Below are positions 7,940-18,280 of a stretch of 64,000 bases of DNA, one piece after another (the stretch's first letter is position 1; each line of letters opens with the position of its first letter). Under the pieces are notes generated by a model. The model was given only the letters and a program-made list of their open reading frames with translations. It searched no databases and was not told the DNA's origin. The translations under genes and the position numbers were made by a program. Source of the stretch: Minisyncoccota bacterium (GTDB lineage: Bacteria > Patescibacteriota > Minisyncoccia > JAHIHE01 > JAGLIN01); NCBI GenBank assembly GCA_041661265.1, contig JBAZUT010000002.1:12316-76315 (forward strand), in the 5' to 3' direction.

Positions 7940-10900
7940 TTAATGATTATTTTTTTGAAGTGGACCTCTTGGATTGTTTTTAATTATACTTGCCTCTTTT
8001 TGATACATTTCACGCCTACTTCCACTCCCTAAAACCTTCATGCTCTTATCTTCCATAAATTTATTCGTATATCTTTTTAAGGGATCTTCTTTTGAAGTTA
8101 TTCCGTACTTTAAATGACTCCCTTTGTTATCAAACAGCTCATACAGAAAAGTATTTTTAGGACTATCCAAACTGTTCCCATGGATCTTTTTAGTTTGACC
8201 TACAAATGTTTTTCCTATGTCATCCATTTTGCCAATAATTGGTTTTGAGATATTTGCAACCTCATCAACATTTTTCACCGCCTTCAATCCCAAAATCGGT
8301 ACGCCAGGAATTGCTGTTCCAGCAGCATCCATGGCAATATCACTGCGAAGATTATCCATACCTTGCACACCTTGAGATAGTTGAGCATCTCCTGCATTGA
8401 TTAACCTTTGATTATTCATTGCAGTACCGATACCGATGTTTACCGCACCTGCAGCTGCAACCATCATTCTTTCGCCATATCGGACAGTATCATAATAAGT
8501 CGTTGCCGCATCAATCACTGTGTCCCAGAATTGTCCGCTTTCATCGATATTTACGAGAGGATTATTCCTTGCGTAAGCATAGCTGTTCCAGCTTTGAGGA
8601 TCAACAAGCTGAATTTTGAGTTGAGATAAATTCAAGAATGCTGGATCTTGTGACACAAACTTCCCAATCCTCCCATTGTAATACCTCGCATTCATGTAAG
8701 AAAGCCCGGTGTCGGTATCATATTCATGGCCTGCATACTTTCGTTGTTCGTTGAATGAGCTTGCTTTCTCATCCAGACGTATATCGCCATAGGGATAATA
8801 ATCCATCGATTCTTCCACTGTTCCGCTGCTGTTTGTGACAATGTTTGAGCCTGTGAGATGATCCGTGGAAACTGAATAGACTTGTGCGCTTGCTCCTGTC
8901 CCTTTAATTGTAGCAACAAGCTGTCCTCCTGCAAAGACATGCTTGGTCGGCGTGCCGTCGGTGTTGTAATACCTGCTCGGATAAACCGTTGTGCTAGAGC
9001 CTGTTGCATATTTCACTCTCTGACCGGAAGCATCATATCCATACGTTACAGTCGTGGCTCCAACCACCGATTGCGTTATGCGGTTGCTATAGTCCCAAGT
9101 GTTGGTTAATCCGCCTGAAGCGGTCAAAAGATTCCCATTGTCATCATAAGCGTAATTTGCTGAACCCATGGAAGTAACAGCGTGAGGATTCGCTTTCCCC
9201 GTTTGAGAATAAGCATAATTTCCTTGGTCGGATTTGTTCGTGATGTTTCCAATGGCGTCATAAACATAGGTTTCCGTATAATTCTGGCTGCCGGAAGCCC
9301 CCGGTGAATTATATAAATCAAGAATCTCCTGGGAAGACAGGGTCCGGTTATAGATCCGCACCTCGTCCAGTTTCCCGTCGATATTGTTTCCGCTTCCGGG
9401 AACGATCGCGCCCATTCTCATCGGAGCGGTATTGTCATAAGTTGAAGTGGCATTGCCTCCGTAAGTTCCGGAAACTTCCTGGCCGTTTACATACAAACTT
9501 ACGTCGTTCAGGCCGCGCACGACTGCGGCGATGTGATACCAGGAACCGGTTGAAATCACTCCTCCGACGGAATCTTTTCCGGCAAGATTTGTACCATCGG
9601 CAAAAAATCCTCTCAGCGCGCCGTTGGGAAGGATCATCATGGCATAGGCCATCGTTTCCCAGCTTGTGTTCCACTTGCCAATAATGCCCCTGTTGCCGCT
9701 TAACGAATCTGGATTCACCCAGGCGCTCATGGTAATGGGTAGTGAAGGACTGAGGCTCAAAGAGTCGGAAACAATGATCTCATCATCTCCTCCGTCCAGA
9801 TCAAGCGCGTTGCCGGAAATCCCCGAAACCCAATTGGCATTCGTCATTCCGCCGGAAAGAGTGCCACTGTTTCCGTTTCCACTGGAATCACTCGCGACCT
9901 GGCCGGAACTTTCGTTGAAATTCCAGTAACCGGCGATACCGACATCACTTTGCGTGACACCTGTGGCGGTTGCAGAAAGCAATCGATTCAAGGAGTCATA
10001 GATGTAATCCGTGGTTTTCTTGGAATTCGTGGCGGAATTGTCGACAATTCTGGTAATGTTACCGTTCGCGTCATAAGCATACGCAAGGTCTTGTCCATGA
10101 CCTCCGCCTGCGATCGTCGTGACTTTCGAACTTAAGCGATAGAGCTTCATTGCATCATAGGTGTTCGTCGTGGAAACGCCGTTAGCATAAGTTTGAGTTG
10201 TGACTTTGCCCAATGGCGAATAATCGTAATTTGTTACCAGATCGGTGAAATTCGAGGACACAGATCCGCTCGGTTTCTGATAGAGCGCGAGAATTTCCGC
10301 ATCGGTCAGGACTTTGTTATATACCCTCGCTTCGTCTATTTTTCCATTGAAATAATCCTGGTAGTAGTTGCTCGTTCCGACAAGGGTTTTCACGGCCGGA
10401 TTATTTAAAGTGACATTATATATTCTGGATTGGATCAATACGCCGTTTGCATACAGCTTGTGTTCCTTGGTCGCATCATTGAATACGCCGACAAGGTGAG
10501 TCCAGGTTGATGTTGATAAAACATCATACGCCACAACATAATTCCCTCCACTTCCTCCATTAATAAAGAACGCGACATCATTACTGCCTTTCCACATGCT
10601 GTATTGGATTCCGGAAGGAGAATACCGGCTGATGACGTGTCCGCCGGATGTCAGCTCTGCGGGATTGATCCAAACCGAGACCGTTATCCCCTGGCCTGCG
10701 GGAACGTTTTCCATAATTCCCATATCAATCCTTTCATTTATTCCGTCAAAATTTAGAGCTGTTCCATTCACACCCTGCACCCAGTCGGAGCTCTCCATGT
10801 TTTCCAATGTCCCATTGTGGCCGCTTCCACTTGAATCACCCGCGGAGATTCCTGTTCCTTCATTGAAATTCCAAAAGCCGACGAGATCCGTGTTTGAAGG

Positions 10901-13900
10901 AAGTCCGGAACTTCCACTCTCCTTTGTTGAAACTTTTTCCAAAAGTCCGGCGGAATTATACTCATACTTGGTTTGTGAGCTGTCAGGATTTGTGAGGATA
11001 GTCTCGTTGCCCTGCCGGTCATATTCATACTCTGTGCGATAATTCGTCGAATCTATGGTTTTGGTTTCGGTCTTGATAAGTCCCAAAGGATCATATTCTT
11101 TCGTTTCACTGGAAGCGGAATTTATTACGGAGCACAATCGCCCCTTCCCGCCAATGCATGTGTCATACACATATGTCACTTCCATTCCGGTTTGCCCGGT
11201 GTAGTCTTCGGAAGTTTGGCGATTCAATGCGTCATAAACGTAATTGACGACCTGACCTTTCGGATCGGTCTTTGAGATCAGGTTGCCATTAGCGTCATAG
11301 GAATAACCATATGTTCCGAATGTCGGATCTGCCGGTGCGTGCAGATCTTCGGCGGAAAGCCTTCCTCCAAATGCGTCATAGGTGAAATTCCTGACGTTTC
11401 CAAGAGCATCAGTGATATTGAGCAGATTTCCTAATTTATCATAGGAATAATTGGTGGCATAGACATTGGCGCCATTATGTTCATCGACTCTAATCAGATT
11501 TCCATAAGCGTCTTTATAGAGCGTCTTTAGTGTTCCTTTGGCATCAGTCGTAGTGACTTTCCAATCGTCATAGGCACTCGTGATCGTTCCCACCGCATTC
11601 GTGGTGGAAGTCATTCTTTCAAGAGGATCGTAAACATAGGTCGAATAAAGCGCATTATCCGTTGTGGCAGAAGTTCTGGCCAAGCCAGTTGAAAAATACA
11701 GCAAGGATTCTTTTTGCAGAAGTCCTCTGTTGTTATATACCAAATCGCTTACCGAATACATATTGGCGCTTTCCGCTTCTTTTCTGGTTTGAATAACTCT
11801 TCCCAAACCGTCGAAATAGGAATAGGAATCAATACCATTGGTGGCGTCCAGATAATCCGTTTTTTTAATGCTTATTGTATTTGGCGTATCGGTATAAATA
11901 TATGAAGATTTCGTAACAAGCGTTGCAGGCACAGCTAGATCCGGTTGTTTTTCCTCGAGTACCCTGTCCAATCCGTCATATACAGTTTGGAAAACATACC
12001 CGTTCTGATCCGTCACTTGCTTGGGCTTTCCGAGGGAATAATCATGGGTGTATTGCGTGATCTGATTCAACGGATTCGTCACGCTCTCGGGATAGAGATT
12101 GTATGAATCATAGATATAACTTGTTGCGTTGTCCCTGGCGTCAGTTTCGGAAGTCACAAGGCCATAACTGTTATATGATTTTTGGGTGTTGATATAATTC
12201 GTACCGCTCTTCCACTTTTCTTCTTTGGTTTGATTTCCCTTGTTCACGCTTCCAAGGGCAAGAGTATCATAGTAATATTTCGACTCACTGACTTTATTCG
12301 CGCTTTGATCTGTTGTTATGTTCTGAGATGGAAGGCCAAAAATATTCAAGCTTGCGTTTGAAGCGTAGGAAATTGTTGTCATGAGCTTGTCCGTTCCCAC
12401 ATCCGTGAAAGTCCCGTCATCCGACCCCGTCACTTCTCCCCACTGCGTTTTGGTTGTGAGATTGCCGTTGATATCATCATAAGAAAATGTTTCCGCTTTA
12501 TCCCTATGGCTGGCATTGCCGTCAAAACTCGAATCGATTTTTTGCGTAAGCTTCACGAAATTCCTTCCTCCGCCGAGGTCATAGCTTTCCCATTTATTTA
12601 TCGTTTTGGAATAGATATTTCCGGCACTATCAGAAACTTCAGACCTATATGATCTTCCTATTTTGGAATAATTATCCAAATACTCACCTTGCGCTGAATT
12701 GGTCGCATCGCCCTGATGAAAATGCGTTGAGATTTTGTTTCCTGCGCCGTCAGTCTCTACAACTTTCGAAAAGCCTGAGAACTTGCGATCGAATGGATTT
12801 GCAGAGTCAAAGTAATATTTCCCGCCTTCATAGGAATATGTTTTTGAGAATGAATTTCCCAATCCGTCGTTGTTCGTGATCTGATAAACCGTATCGACAT
12901 TCAATGGAAGATTGGGATTAAGAAGATTATTGCCTGCGTCTTTGTATTGCGCGGATGGTTTATATGCAACATCCGTCAATCCGCCTTTAACATTAATAAT
13001 TCTTTTTGCAATTCCAATTTTTCCAATAGTATTATTCAGATAGATCATTGAAGAATAAGTTTCGGGGCTAGAAGTTTCTCTTTTTCCATAAATAAGATCC
13101 GAAAGTCCGTCACCATTCAGATCGGCGATGCGAGTGCCCGTGTCGAGATAATTCCTTCCATCGCTAAAATCCAACGACACCCAGATCGGCTTTTCCACCC
13201 ATCCGCTTCCGCTATTCATAAAGACTCTATGCAAGCCGTAATAGTCTAGAGACTGCATTAGATCGTTATAGCCGTCTCCATTAACATCGGCAACTCTCAC
13301 ACCGAGATCATCGACTCTCCCCCCATAGTTTTCGCCGTAAAAAAGAGTTGGCGGTGTATAATTAGTATCAATAGACCATCCCCCGTTTCCGTCATTGATA
13401 AATGCCCTTTGGTAAACGGTTGGAGAACTATAAAAAGAATAAGATTGCATGATGTCCTCCAAGCCGTCTCCGTTTATATCGACAAATACAACCCCCTGTT
13501 TCGTGTCAATCGGAAGAGTCCAATTCGTATCTTGAGACCAGCCTGAAGCACTATTCAGATAAATCATTGAGGAATAAGTCTCTGGATCGGATGTTTCTCT
13601 TTTTCCATATACAAGATCGGAAAGTCCGTCGCCGTTTAAATCGGCGATTCGGGAACCGGTATCTGAGCCGGTTTTGCCGTCGCTGAATTCAAGCGGAACC
13701 CAACCAGCCTGCACCATCCATCCGTTGCCGTTATTAATATATATTGTGCGCGGGCCATTATTGCCCATCGATTGAATAAGATCCATGAGTCCGTCGCCGT
13801 TCACATCAATCGGACGAACGCCTTGATCTTTAACGGCACCAAACTCATCATGAAAAAATGGAATGGGTGTCAGATTATTATTTTGAACCCAGCCGCCATT

Positions 13901-15301
13901 GCTATTATTAATAAATGCCCTTTTGAGCGTTCCCGTATTACTGCTGTAATAAGATTGCAAAATATCGGGAAAACCGTCGCCGTTTAAATCGGCAATTATT
14001 ATTCCTTCCCGAGTATCGACCGGAAGTGACCAAGAATAATCTCTGGTCCAGCCGTCAGTTCCGGTTCGATATTCGAAACTCGTTGCAGGAAGCGTCACGA
14101 CATTGCTACTTTCGTCCTGCCCTGATTCAGTAATTGAATAAAGCGTTGACCTTACAGTATTATCGCCCGTTGTATAAGCTAAAGCATATTTTTTTACCCA
14201 TATCCCGTTCGCTTTCGCCTGGATCTCATTAATCCTGTAGCTGGTTTTAACTTGGAATCCTGAAACGTAGCTTGTATTGGCATCGCTTCTTGTTTCCCTT
14301 ATGAATTCCACAGTGAAAATTCCGTCCGTTGCACCGTTTCCGGTGTAAATTATTCTTGAAGGATAAATTTGCCCCGCATCTTTGAAATATTCATAACGAA
14401 TGTAGTTATCATTCAGATCCCGCACCTCTTCGAGCATCCATTTGTAGACTTTCGCTGAATCATTGGGATTATCTTGTCTGGAGTTTGCATTCAATCCGAA
14501 CTTATATTTTGTTCCGGATTTATCGGTTACAGTCCAAGTGTTATTTGAAAACTCATACTTTAGGAAATCTCCATTTTCAATCTTCGCACTGTATTGCGTT
14601 CCACTTATGAAAACAAGTTCTCCTGAAATAGATGAGCTAAAATAGTTTTCCGTGTAAAGTTTATCCGTACCTTTTTTGTTGATTCTTTCAATATATGAGA
14701 TGTCGACACTCCATCCATAGCCCATTATATTATCATTACTTGCGTTCTGGCTATTATAGGAAAGGCCTAAGCTAGGCTGTATTCCATTTCTTCCAGGAGG
14801 CGTTTCAATGGAGTAGCTATATACAAGAGCCCCTGTTGCGGCATCTGATTCCGGAGTACTTACCCTTGTCTTTGAATTATTGTTATAATTTGAAGCGCCA
14901 TTATCATTCCCAGGATCGGACGGGTTGGAAGCGCTTTGAGCTCCAGTAAGACCGTCACCCGGCTTTTCCTTGTCTTTTGTTTTATCGGAATTATTATCAT
15001 TCGTTTTGTCTTTTGATTGAGCATTTTCAGGACTTGCAAGATCAATGATTTTAGAATCCTCCGAGAAAGAAGCCGTTTCGCCAGCACTTTCGGAACCGAA
15101 AAATGCCTCCACGGGGACACTATTTTCTATTGGATCGGCGGACGTATTATCCAATGGCACAGATTCAGAGACCGCTTGCGCGTTTGCATGAATCGATAAA
15201 ACTGGCGCAAAAGAAGAGAAGATAAACAAAAAAGCCAACGAAATAACCGCTGACTTCTTTGTCCAACTTCTTAGGCTTTTCTGCAATTTGTTGGAACGCA
15301 T
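7940..15301 (-). CDS. Giant RHS/YD-repeat protein (2453 aa): signal peptide, SpvB-like domain, FG-GAP/VCBS repeats, RHS repeats with two LamG-like insertions, RHS core, variable C-terminal toxin tip
   Basis: - N-terminal signal peptide.
- SpvB-like segment GIQPSLGLSYNSQ...GYGWSVDISY.
- Repeated DxNGDGxxDL FG-GAP motifs.
- Dozens of YD repeats (YxYDxxGNL).
- Two concanavalin/LamG-like segments (WNFNEGTG...RVYN, WNFNESSG...RIYN).
- Core end RYYNGRIGKFVSQDP...NSYAYARNNPLVNID.
- ~280 aa of unrelated C-terminal sequence. Confidence 0.9.
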   Translation of the reverse strand: MRSNKLQKSLRSWTKKSAVISLAFLFIFSSFAPVLSIHANAQAVSESVPLDNTSADPIENSVPVEAFFGSESAGETASFSEDSKIIDLASPENAQSKDKTNDNNSDKTKDKEKPGDGLTGAQSASNPSDPGNDNGASNYNNNSKTRVSTPESDAATGALVYSYSIETPPGRNGIQPSLGLSYNSQNASNDNIMGYGWSVDISYIERINKKGTDKLYTENYFSSSISGELVFISGTQYSAKIENGDFLKYEFSNNTWTVTDKSGTKYKFGLNANSRQDNPNDSAKVYKWMLEEVRDLNDNYIRYEYFKDAGQIYPSRIIYTGNGATDGIFTVEFIRETRSDANTSYVSGFQVKTSYRINEIQAKANGIWVKKYALAYTTGDNTVRSTLYSITESGQDESSNVVTLPATSFEYRTGTDGWTRDYSWSLPVDTREGIIIADLNGDGFPDILQSYYSSNTGTLKRAFINNSNGGWVQNNNLTPIPFFHDEFGAVKDQGVRPIDVNGDGLMDLIQSMGNNGPRTIYINNGNGWMVQAGWVPLEFSDGKTGSDTGSRIADLNGDGLSDLVYGKRETSDPETYSSMIYLNSASGWSQDTNWTLPIDTKQGVVFVDINGDGLEDIMQSYSFYSSPTVYQRAFINDGNGGWSIDTNYTPPTLFYGENYGGRVDDLGVRVADVNGDGYNDLMQSLDYYGLHRVFMNSGSGWVEKPIWVSLDFSDGRNYLDTGTRIADLNGDGLSDLIYGKRETSSPETYSSMIYLNNTIGKIGIAKRIINVKGGLTDVAYKPSAQYKDAGNNLLNPNLPLNVDTVYQITNNDGLGNSFSKTYSYEGGKYYFDSANPFDRKFSGFSKVVETDGAGNKISTHFHQGDATNSAQGEYLDNYSKIGRSYRSEVSDSAGNIYSKTINKWESYDLGGGRNFVKLTQKIDSSFDGNASHRDKAETFSYDDINGNLTTKTQWGEVTGSDDGTFTDVGTDKLMTTISYASNASLNIFGLPSQNITTDQSANKVSESKYYYDTLALGSVNKGNQTKEEKWKSGTNYINTQKSYNSYGLVTSETDARDNATSYIYDSYNLYPESVTNPLNQITQYTHDYSLGKPKQVTDQNGYVFQTVYDGLDRVLEEKQPDLAVPATLVTKSSYIYTDTPNTISIKKTDYLDATNGIDSYSYFDGLGRVIQTRKEAESANMYSVSDLVYNNRGLLQKESLLYFSTGLARTSATTDNALYSTYVYDPLERMTSTTNAVGTITSAYDDWKVTTTDAKGTLKTLYKDAYGNLIRVDEHNGANVYATNYSYDKLGNLLNITDALGNVRNFTYDAFGGRLSAEDLHAPADPTFGTYGYSYDANGNLISKTDPKGQVVNYVYDALNRQTSEDYTGQTGMEVTYVYDTCIGGKGRLCSVINSASSETKEYDPLGLIKTETKTIDSTNYRTEYEYDRQGNETILTNPDSSQTKYEYNSAGLLEKVSTKESGSSGLPSNTDLVGFWNFNEGTGISAGDSSGSGHNGTLENMESSDWVQGVNGTALNFDGINERIDMGIMENVPAGQGITVSVWINPAELTSGGHVISRYSPSGIQYSMWKGSNDVAFFINGGSGGNYVVAYDVLSTSTWTHLVGVFNDATKEHKLYANGVLIQSRIYNVTLNNPAVKTLVGTSNYYQDYFNGKIDEARVYNKVLTDAEILALYQKPSGSVSSNFTDLVTNYDYSPLGKVTTQTYANGVSTTNTYDAMKLYRLSSKVTTIAGGGHGQDLAYAYDANGNITRIVDNSATNSKKTTDYIYDSLNRLLSATATGVTQSDVGIAGYWNFNESSGQVASDSSGNGNSGTLSGGMTNANWVSGISGNALDLDGGDDEIIVSDSLSLSPSLPITMSAWVNPDSLSGNRGIIGKWNTSWETMAYAMMILPNGALRGFFADGTNLAGKDSVGGVISTGSWYHIAAVVRGLNDVSLYVNGQEVSGTYGGNATSTYDNTAPMRMGAIVPGSGNNIDGKLDEVRIYNRTLSSQEILDLYNSPGASGSQNYTETYVYDAIGNITNKSDQGNYAYSQTGKANPHAVTSMGSANYAYDDNGNLLTASGGLTNTWDYSNRITQSVVGATTVTYGYDASGQRVKYATGSSTTVYPSRYYNTDGTPTKHVFAGGQLVATIKGTGASAQVYSVSTDHLTGSNIVTNSSGTVEESMDYYPYGDIRLDEKASSFNEQRKYAGHEYDTDTGLSYMNARYYNGRIGKFVSQDPAFLNLSQLKIQLVDPQSWNSYAYARNNPLVNIDESGQFWDTVIDAATTYYDTVRYGERMMVAAAGAVNIGIGTAMNNQRLINAGDAQLSQGVQGMDNLRSDIAMDAAGTAIPGVPILGLKAVKNVDEVANISKPIIGKMDDIGKTFVGQTKKIHGNSLDSPKNTFLYELFDNKGSHLKYGITSKEDPLKRYTNKFMEDKSMKVLGSGSRREMYQKEASIIKNNPRGPLQKNNH

Positions 15302-15335
15302 TTTAGTGAAGGTTAATTAATAAATTAGGAATTGC

Positions 15336-15371
15336 GAGATTGCTTCTCCGCCCAGGGCGGATCGCAATGAC
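15336..15371. repeat. 36-bp hairpin repeat GAGATTGCTTCTCCGCCC(A/T)GGGCGGATCGCAATGAC (copy 1 of 3)
   Basis: Near-identical copies at 18074..18109 and 18281..18316. It contains the palindrome ccgccc-w-gggcgg and the terminal inverted repeats attgcga/tcgcaat. It produces the spurious peptide VIAIRPGRRSNL in two overlapping ORFs. Confidence 0.8.
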
Positions 15372-15516
15372 ATAAACGCATTTCCTATTAATTTTAAAAG
15401 TTCCCTCCCTACTTTTGATGAATTGTAGCAAGCCAATACTGATTGTCAATTGAAACATGAAAGATGTGTGGATAACTCTTCGCCGCTTCACACACCCCTG
15501 AATCCCCCCCTGATAA

Positions 15517-16741
15517 GCACGGCTGTATCACCCTATCAATTAACCCCATTTTGTGCTATTCTTAAGGTAATATTTATCAATTAAATAATATTACTCTATG
15601 AAAAACATAAAATCTAAAAAGAAAAATTTGTATGAACTATTGAATCAATTAGATGATTATCGAAGAAAACAAGGAAGGATGCACGAATTGAGATTTGCGC
15701 TTGTCTTAGCGATTATGTCCATCATGAGCGGTTTCTCCAGCTTGCGAGCAATGGGTGATTTTATCAAAAAAAATAAGAAGGAACTGATAAAAATATTTAA
15801 ACCGAAAAAAGACAGACTGCCGACATACTTAACGATTAATCGTGTTTTGCAAAATGTTGATTTTAATAAATTTACTCAAATCTTTCAAAAATGGGCTATC
15901 GGTTATGTAAAAATAGAAGATAACGAATGGGTATCGATTGATGGAAAAGCTATTGGCGGAACCGCAGACTGCTTGCAAGACAACAAACAAAAATTTATCA
16001 GTTTAGTGTCAGTATTTTTAAGCAAGAAAAAACAAGTGCTTCAAGCCGGTAAAATCGATAACGGGAAAGAAAGCGAGATACCGAAAGTCAGAGAGTTAAT
16101 TAAAATTTTAGATCTAGAAGGAGCTGTACTCACTATGGATGCTTTGCATTGCCAGAAAGAAACCGTGCAGGCAATCATCAAAAGCAATAATAATTATTGC
16201 ATAGGCGTAAAAGGAAATCAAAAGAAATTATACGAACAATTAAAAAAAACACAAAAACCGGCAAACCGATAAACACCGACAGAATAAAGGAAAAAAGCCG
16301 AAACAGAATGGAATTAAGGGTGGCGAATGTTTACAATAATCTTAACGGAATTAATTCAGGATGGATAGGATTGCAAAGCATTGTTAAAGTGAAAAGAACG
16401 ATCAGGTTTACAGGAGGGAAAAACAAAGATAAGGTTTTTAAAGAAATAGCTTATTTCATTTCCAGTCTGCCGTCTAACACCAAAGCTGGAACATTTAATC
16501 AAGGAATAAGGAGTCATTGGTCGATTGAAAATTCACTGCACTACATCAAAGATAAAACTTTCAGAGAAGACAGCTCCCGCATCAGAACAAAAAACGCTCC
16601 GGCAAATCTTTCACTTATTAGAAATATAGCGATTAATATTTTTAGAGAAAACAACTACTCGAATATCGCTCAAGCGATCAGGTTAATTTCAAATGATATA
16701 TCTAAAATGTTTGAGCTGATAGAAGGGTGACACAGCCGTGC
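15517..16741 (+). mobile_element. ISAs1-family insertion sequence (~1.2 kb) with 17-bp terminal inverted repeats GCACGGCTGT(A/G)TCACCC
   Basis: The inverted repeats lie at 15517-15533 and 16725-16741. The internal DDE transposase has ISAs1/H-repeat-associated-protein N- and C-terminal signatures. The element appears to interrupt a copy of the cacacacccc...cccctct-agagggga palindromic element. Confidence 0.7.
15598..16730 (+). pseudogene. ISAs1-family transposase split into two overlapping ORFs (15598..16272 and 16197..16730) by a frameshift at an A8 tract
   Basis: The N-terminal part (LDDYRRKQGRMHEL...SGFSSLRAMGDF...PTYLTINRVL) and the C-terminal part (HWSIENSLHYIKDKTFREDSSRIRTKNAPANLSLIRNIAINIF) match the ISAs1 transposase organisation. 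The frames switch around ttaaaaaaaacac (16245-16257). Confidence 0.7.
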
Positions 16742-16966
16742 CCTCTAGAGGGGATTTACATTGTATGTCATTCCTGCCCTGATATACATCAGGATAAACT
16801 CCAGCAGGGATCCAGAATGACAAAATACATGGATACCCGCGTTCGCGAGTATGACAAGATACATGGATTCCGTGTCCATCACAAAACCACAGAGCACTTT
16901 CAAGCATTATTGAGGTTCAACCTCGATAAAAACACACCCCTCATTCCCCTCTCAAGAGGGGACTTT
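16742..16966. repeat. Block of short palindromic repeats 3' of the IS
   Basis: - ccctctagaggg
- gtcattcctgcc-[cctgatatacatcagg]-ataaactccagcagggatccagaatgac
- the 28-mer ggatacccgcgttcgcgagtatgacaag (also at 19825-19852)
- acacacccctcattcccctctcaagagggga. Confidence 0.65.
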
Positions 16967-17570
16967 TAGCCTCTGCTGTTTTTTTCTTTTTCCAGAAATA
17001 TACGGCCAAAAAGACCAGCGAAAGGACAATCAGAACATCCAATCCGTTGAAAACTGCGATGATGTTCTTCCAATGCGGACCGAGCCAGAATCCGACATAG
17101 GCAAGAGCAAAACACCATGGGATCGATCCCACAAAACTGAAAATAATCAATTTCTTCACGTCATATTTTCCCATTCCCGCAGGAAGCGATATGAAAGTCC
17201 TGACAACAGGAAGAAGCCTTGAGAAAAACACCGCCCTGTCTCCATATTTGCGAAACCACTCCTCCGCGATCTCGAGATGATGATGATTCATGAAAATATA
17301 TTTTCCATATCTGTCTATGAACGGCCGGCCTCCCCACAGCCCGACATAATAGGAAACAACCGAGCCCGCCATACACCCCGCCGCACCCACAATGCTTATT
17401 AAAACCAGATCGAATATCCCCTGATAGGCAAGATATCCCGAAAAAGTCATGATCACTTCGCTCGGGATCGGAATCGCTGCACTTTCCAGGGCCATGAGAA
17501 TAAAGACTCCCGCATATCCTACAGCTGAAATAAAAGCTTCTACATAAGTTGAAACGAATTCGGCGATCAT
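16941..17570 (-). CDS. DedA/SNARE-associated (VTT domain) membrane protein
   Basis: 209 aa with a typical DedA core (MALESAAIPIPSEVIMTFSGYLA...GRPFIDRYGKY...FFSRLLPVVRTFISLPAGM). Confidence 0.8.
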   Translation of the reverse strand: MIAEFVSTYVEAFISAVGYAGVFILMALESAAIPIPSEVIMTFSGYLAYQGIFDLVLISIVGAAGCMAGSVVSYYVGLWGGRPFIDRYGKYIFMNHHHLEIAEEWFRKYGDRAVFFSRLLPVVRTFISLPAGMGKYDVKKLIIFSFVGSIPWCFALAYVGFWLGPHWKNIIAVFNGLDVLIVLSLVFLAVYFWKKKKTAEAKSPLLRGE

Positions 17571-17723
17571 GAAAAATATATTAATAGTAAAGTATAAATT
17601 AAAACATATTTGGCAATTGTAAACTATTTTCTAGAGATAAAATAATATTTCGCAATTTTCAATTTCTAATTTCTAATTTTTATTTAATGATTAATTATTA
17701 ATTTCTAGACTTTATTAATTATT

Positions 17724-17766
17724 GTCATTGCGAGAAAGCTTGTACTCAAGCTGACGAAGCAATCTC
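17724..17766. repeat. Hairpin repeat GTCATTGCGAG...GCTGACGAAGCAATCTC (same subfamily as 5796..5836)
   Basis: Seen in the sequence. It lies between the 3' end of GIY-YIG gene 1 and a run of aatttctaattt repeats. Confidence 0.7.
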
Positions 17767-17770
17767 TATG

Positions 17771-18058
17771 TTATTCCAGAGGCAAATCTCTAAACTCAGG
17801 ATTCATATTTTTAATCAAATTTATTTTCTTCTTTCTTGAGCCGCCTTTAATCTGCTTTTCTCTTGCGATGGCGTCATTTATATTATTATAGATCTCATAA
17901 TAAACCAGCTTAGTAATATTGTATCTACTCGTAAATCCCTTGATCGTTTTATTCTTATGTTCATAGACTCTTCTGGCCAGGTTGTTGGTAACACCCGTAT
18001 ATAGAACTGTATTAAATTTATTCGTCATTATATAAAGATAATATTGATTTGTTTTCAT
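17771..18058 (-). CDS. GIY-YIG nuclease-domain mini-protein (96 aa)
   Basis: MKTNQYYLYIMTNKFNTVLYTGVTNNLARRVYEHK matches the GIY-YIG fold (YxxYIM...YTGxTxNLxxRxxEH). The ORF-track start at 18229 reads through a 36-bp repeat (VIAIRPGRRSNL) and is rejected. The start was re-placed at the internal ATG at 18058. Confidence 0.75.
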   Translation of the reverse strand: MKTNQYYLYIMTNKFNTVLYTGVTNNLARRVYEHKNKTIKGFTSRYNITKLVYYEIYNNINDAIAREKQIKGGSRKKKINLIKNMNPEFRDLPLE

Positions 18059-18073
18059 AAAATAACAACTGAA

Positions 18074-18109
18074 GAGATTGCTTCTCCGCCCTGGGCGGAT
18101 CGCAATGAC
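18074..18109. repeat. 36-bp hairpin repeat GAGATTGCTTCTCCGCCCTGGGCGGATCGCAATGAC (copy 2)
   Basis: Identical to the copy at 18281..18316. One mismatch versus 15336..15371. Confidence 0.8.
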
Positions 18110-18280
18110 AGAGACGTGATAATCCGTATCACATGGAATAGATTGTCCACTTTCGACGGATCTGCCGGAGACATGACTTCCCTGCGTGCTGCCTCGCAAT
18201 GACAGAGTCTCGTCTGAGAATTGGCTCATTCAAAATTTAATAGAAATTAGAAATTGAAAATTAGAAATTTAAATAAAGTC

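Noticed and set aside
8408-15199. Numerous 60-150-aa ORFs on the plus strand inside the rhs gene
   Set aside because: They are antisense to a 7.4-kb gene with clear YD-repeat periodicity. They are low-complexity and have no independent support.
15303-15491. 62-aa ORF on the minus strand
   Set aside because: It reads through the 36-bp hairpin repeat, giving the same VIAIRPGRRSNL peptide as the spurious N-terminal extension of the 17771..18229 ORF. It is an artefact of the repeat.
18059-18229. N-terminal 57 codons of the ORF-track call 17771..18229
   Set aside because: The extension crosses the 36-bp repeat at 18074..18109. The GIY-YIG domain begins at the internal Met, so the start was re-placed at 18058.
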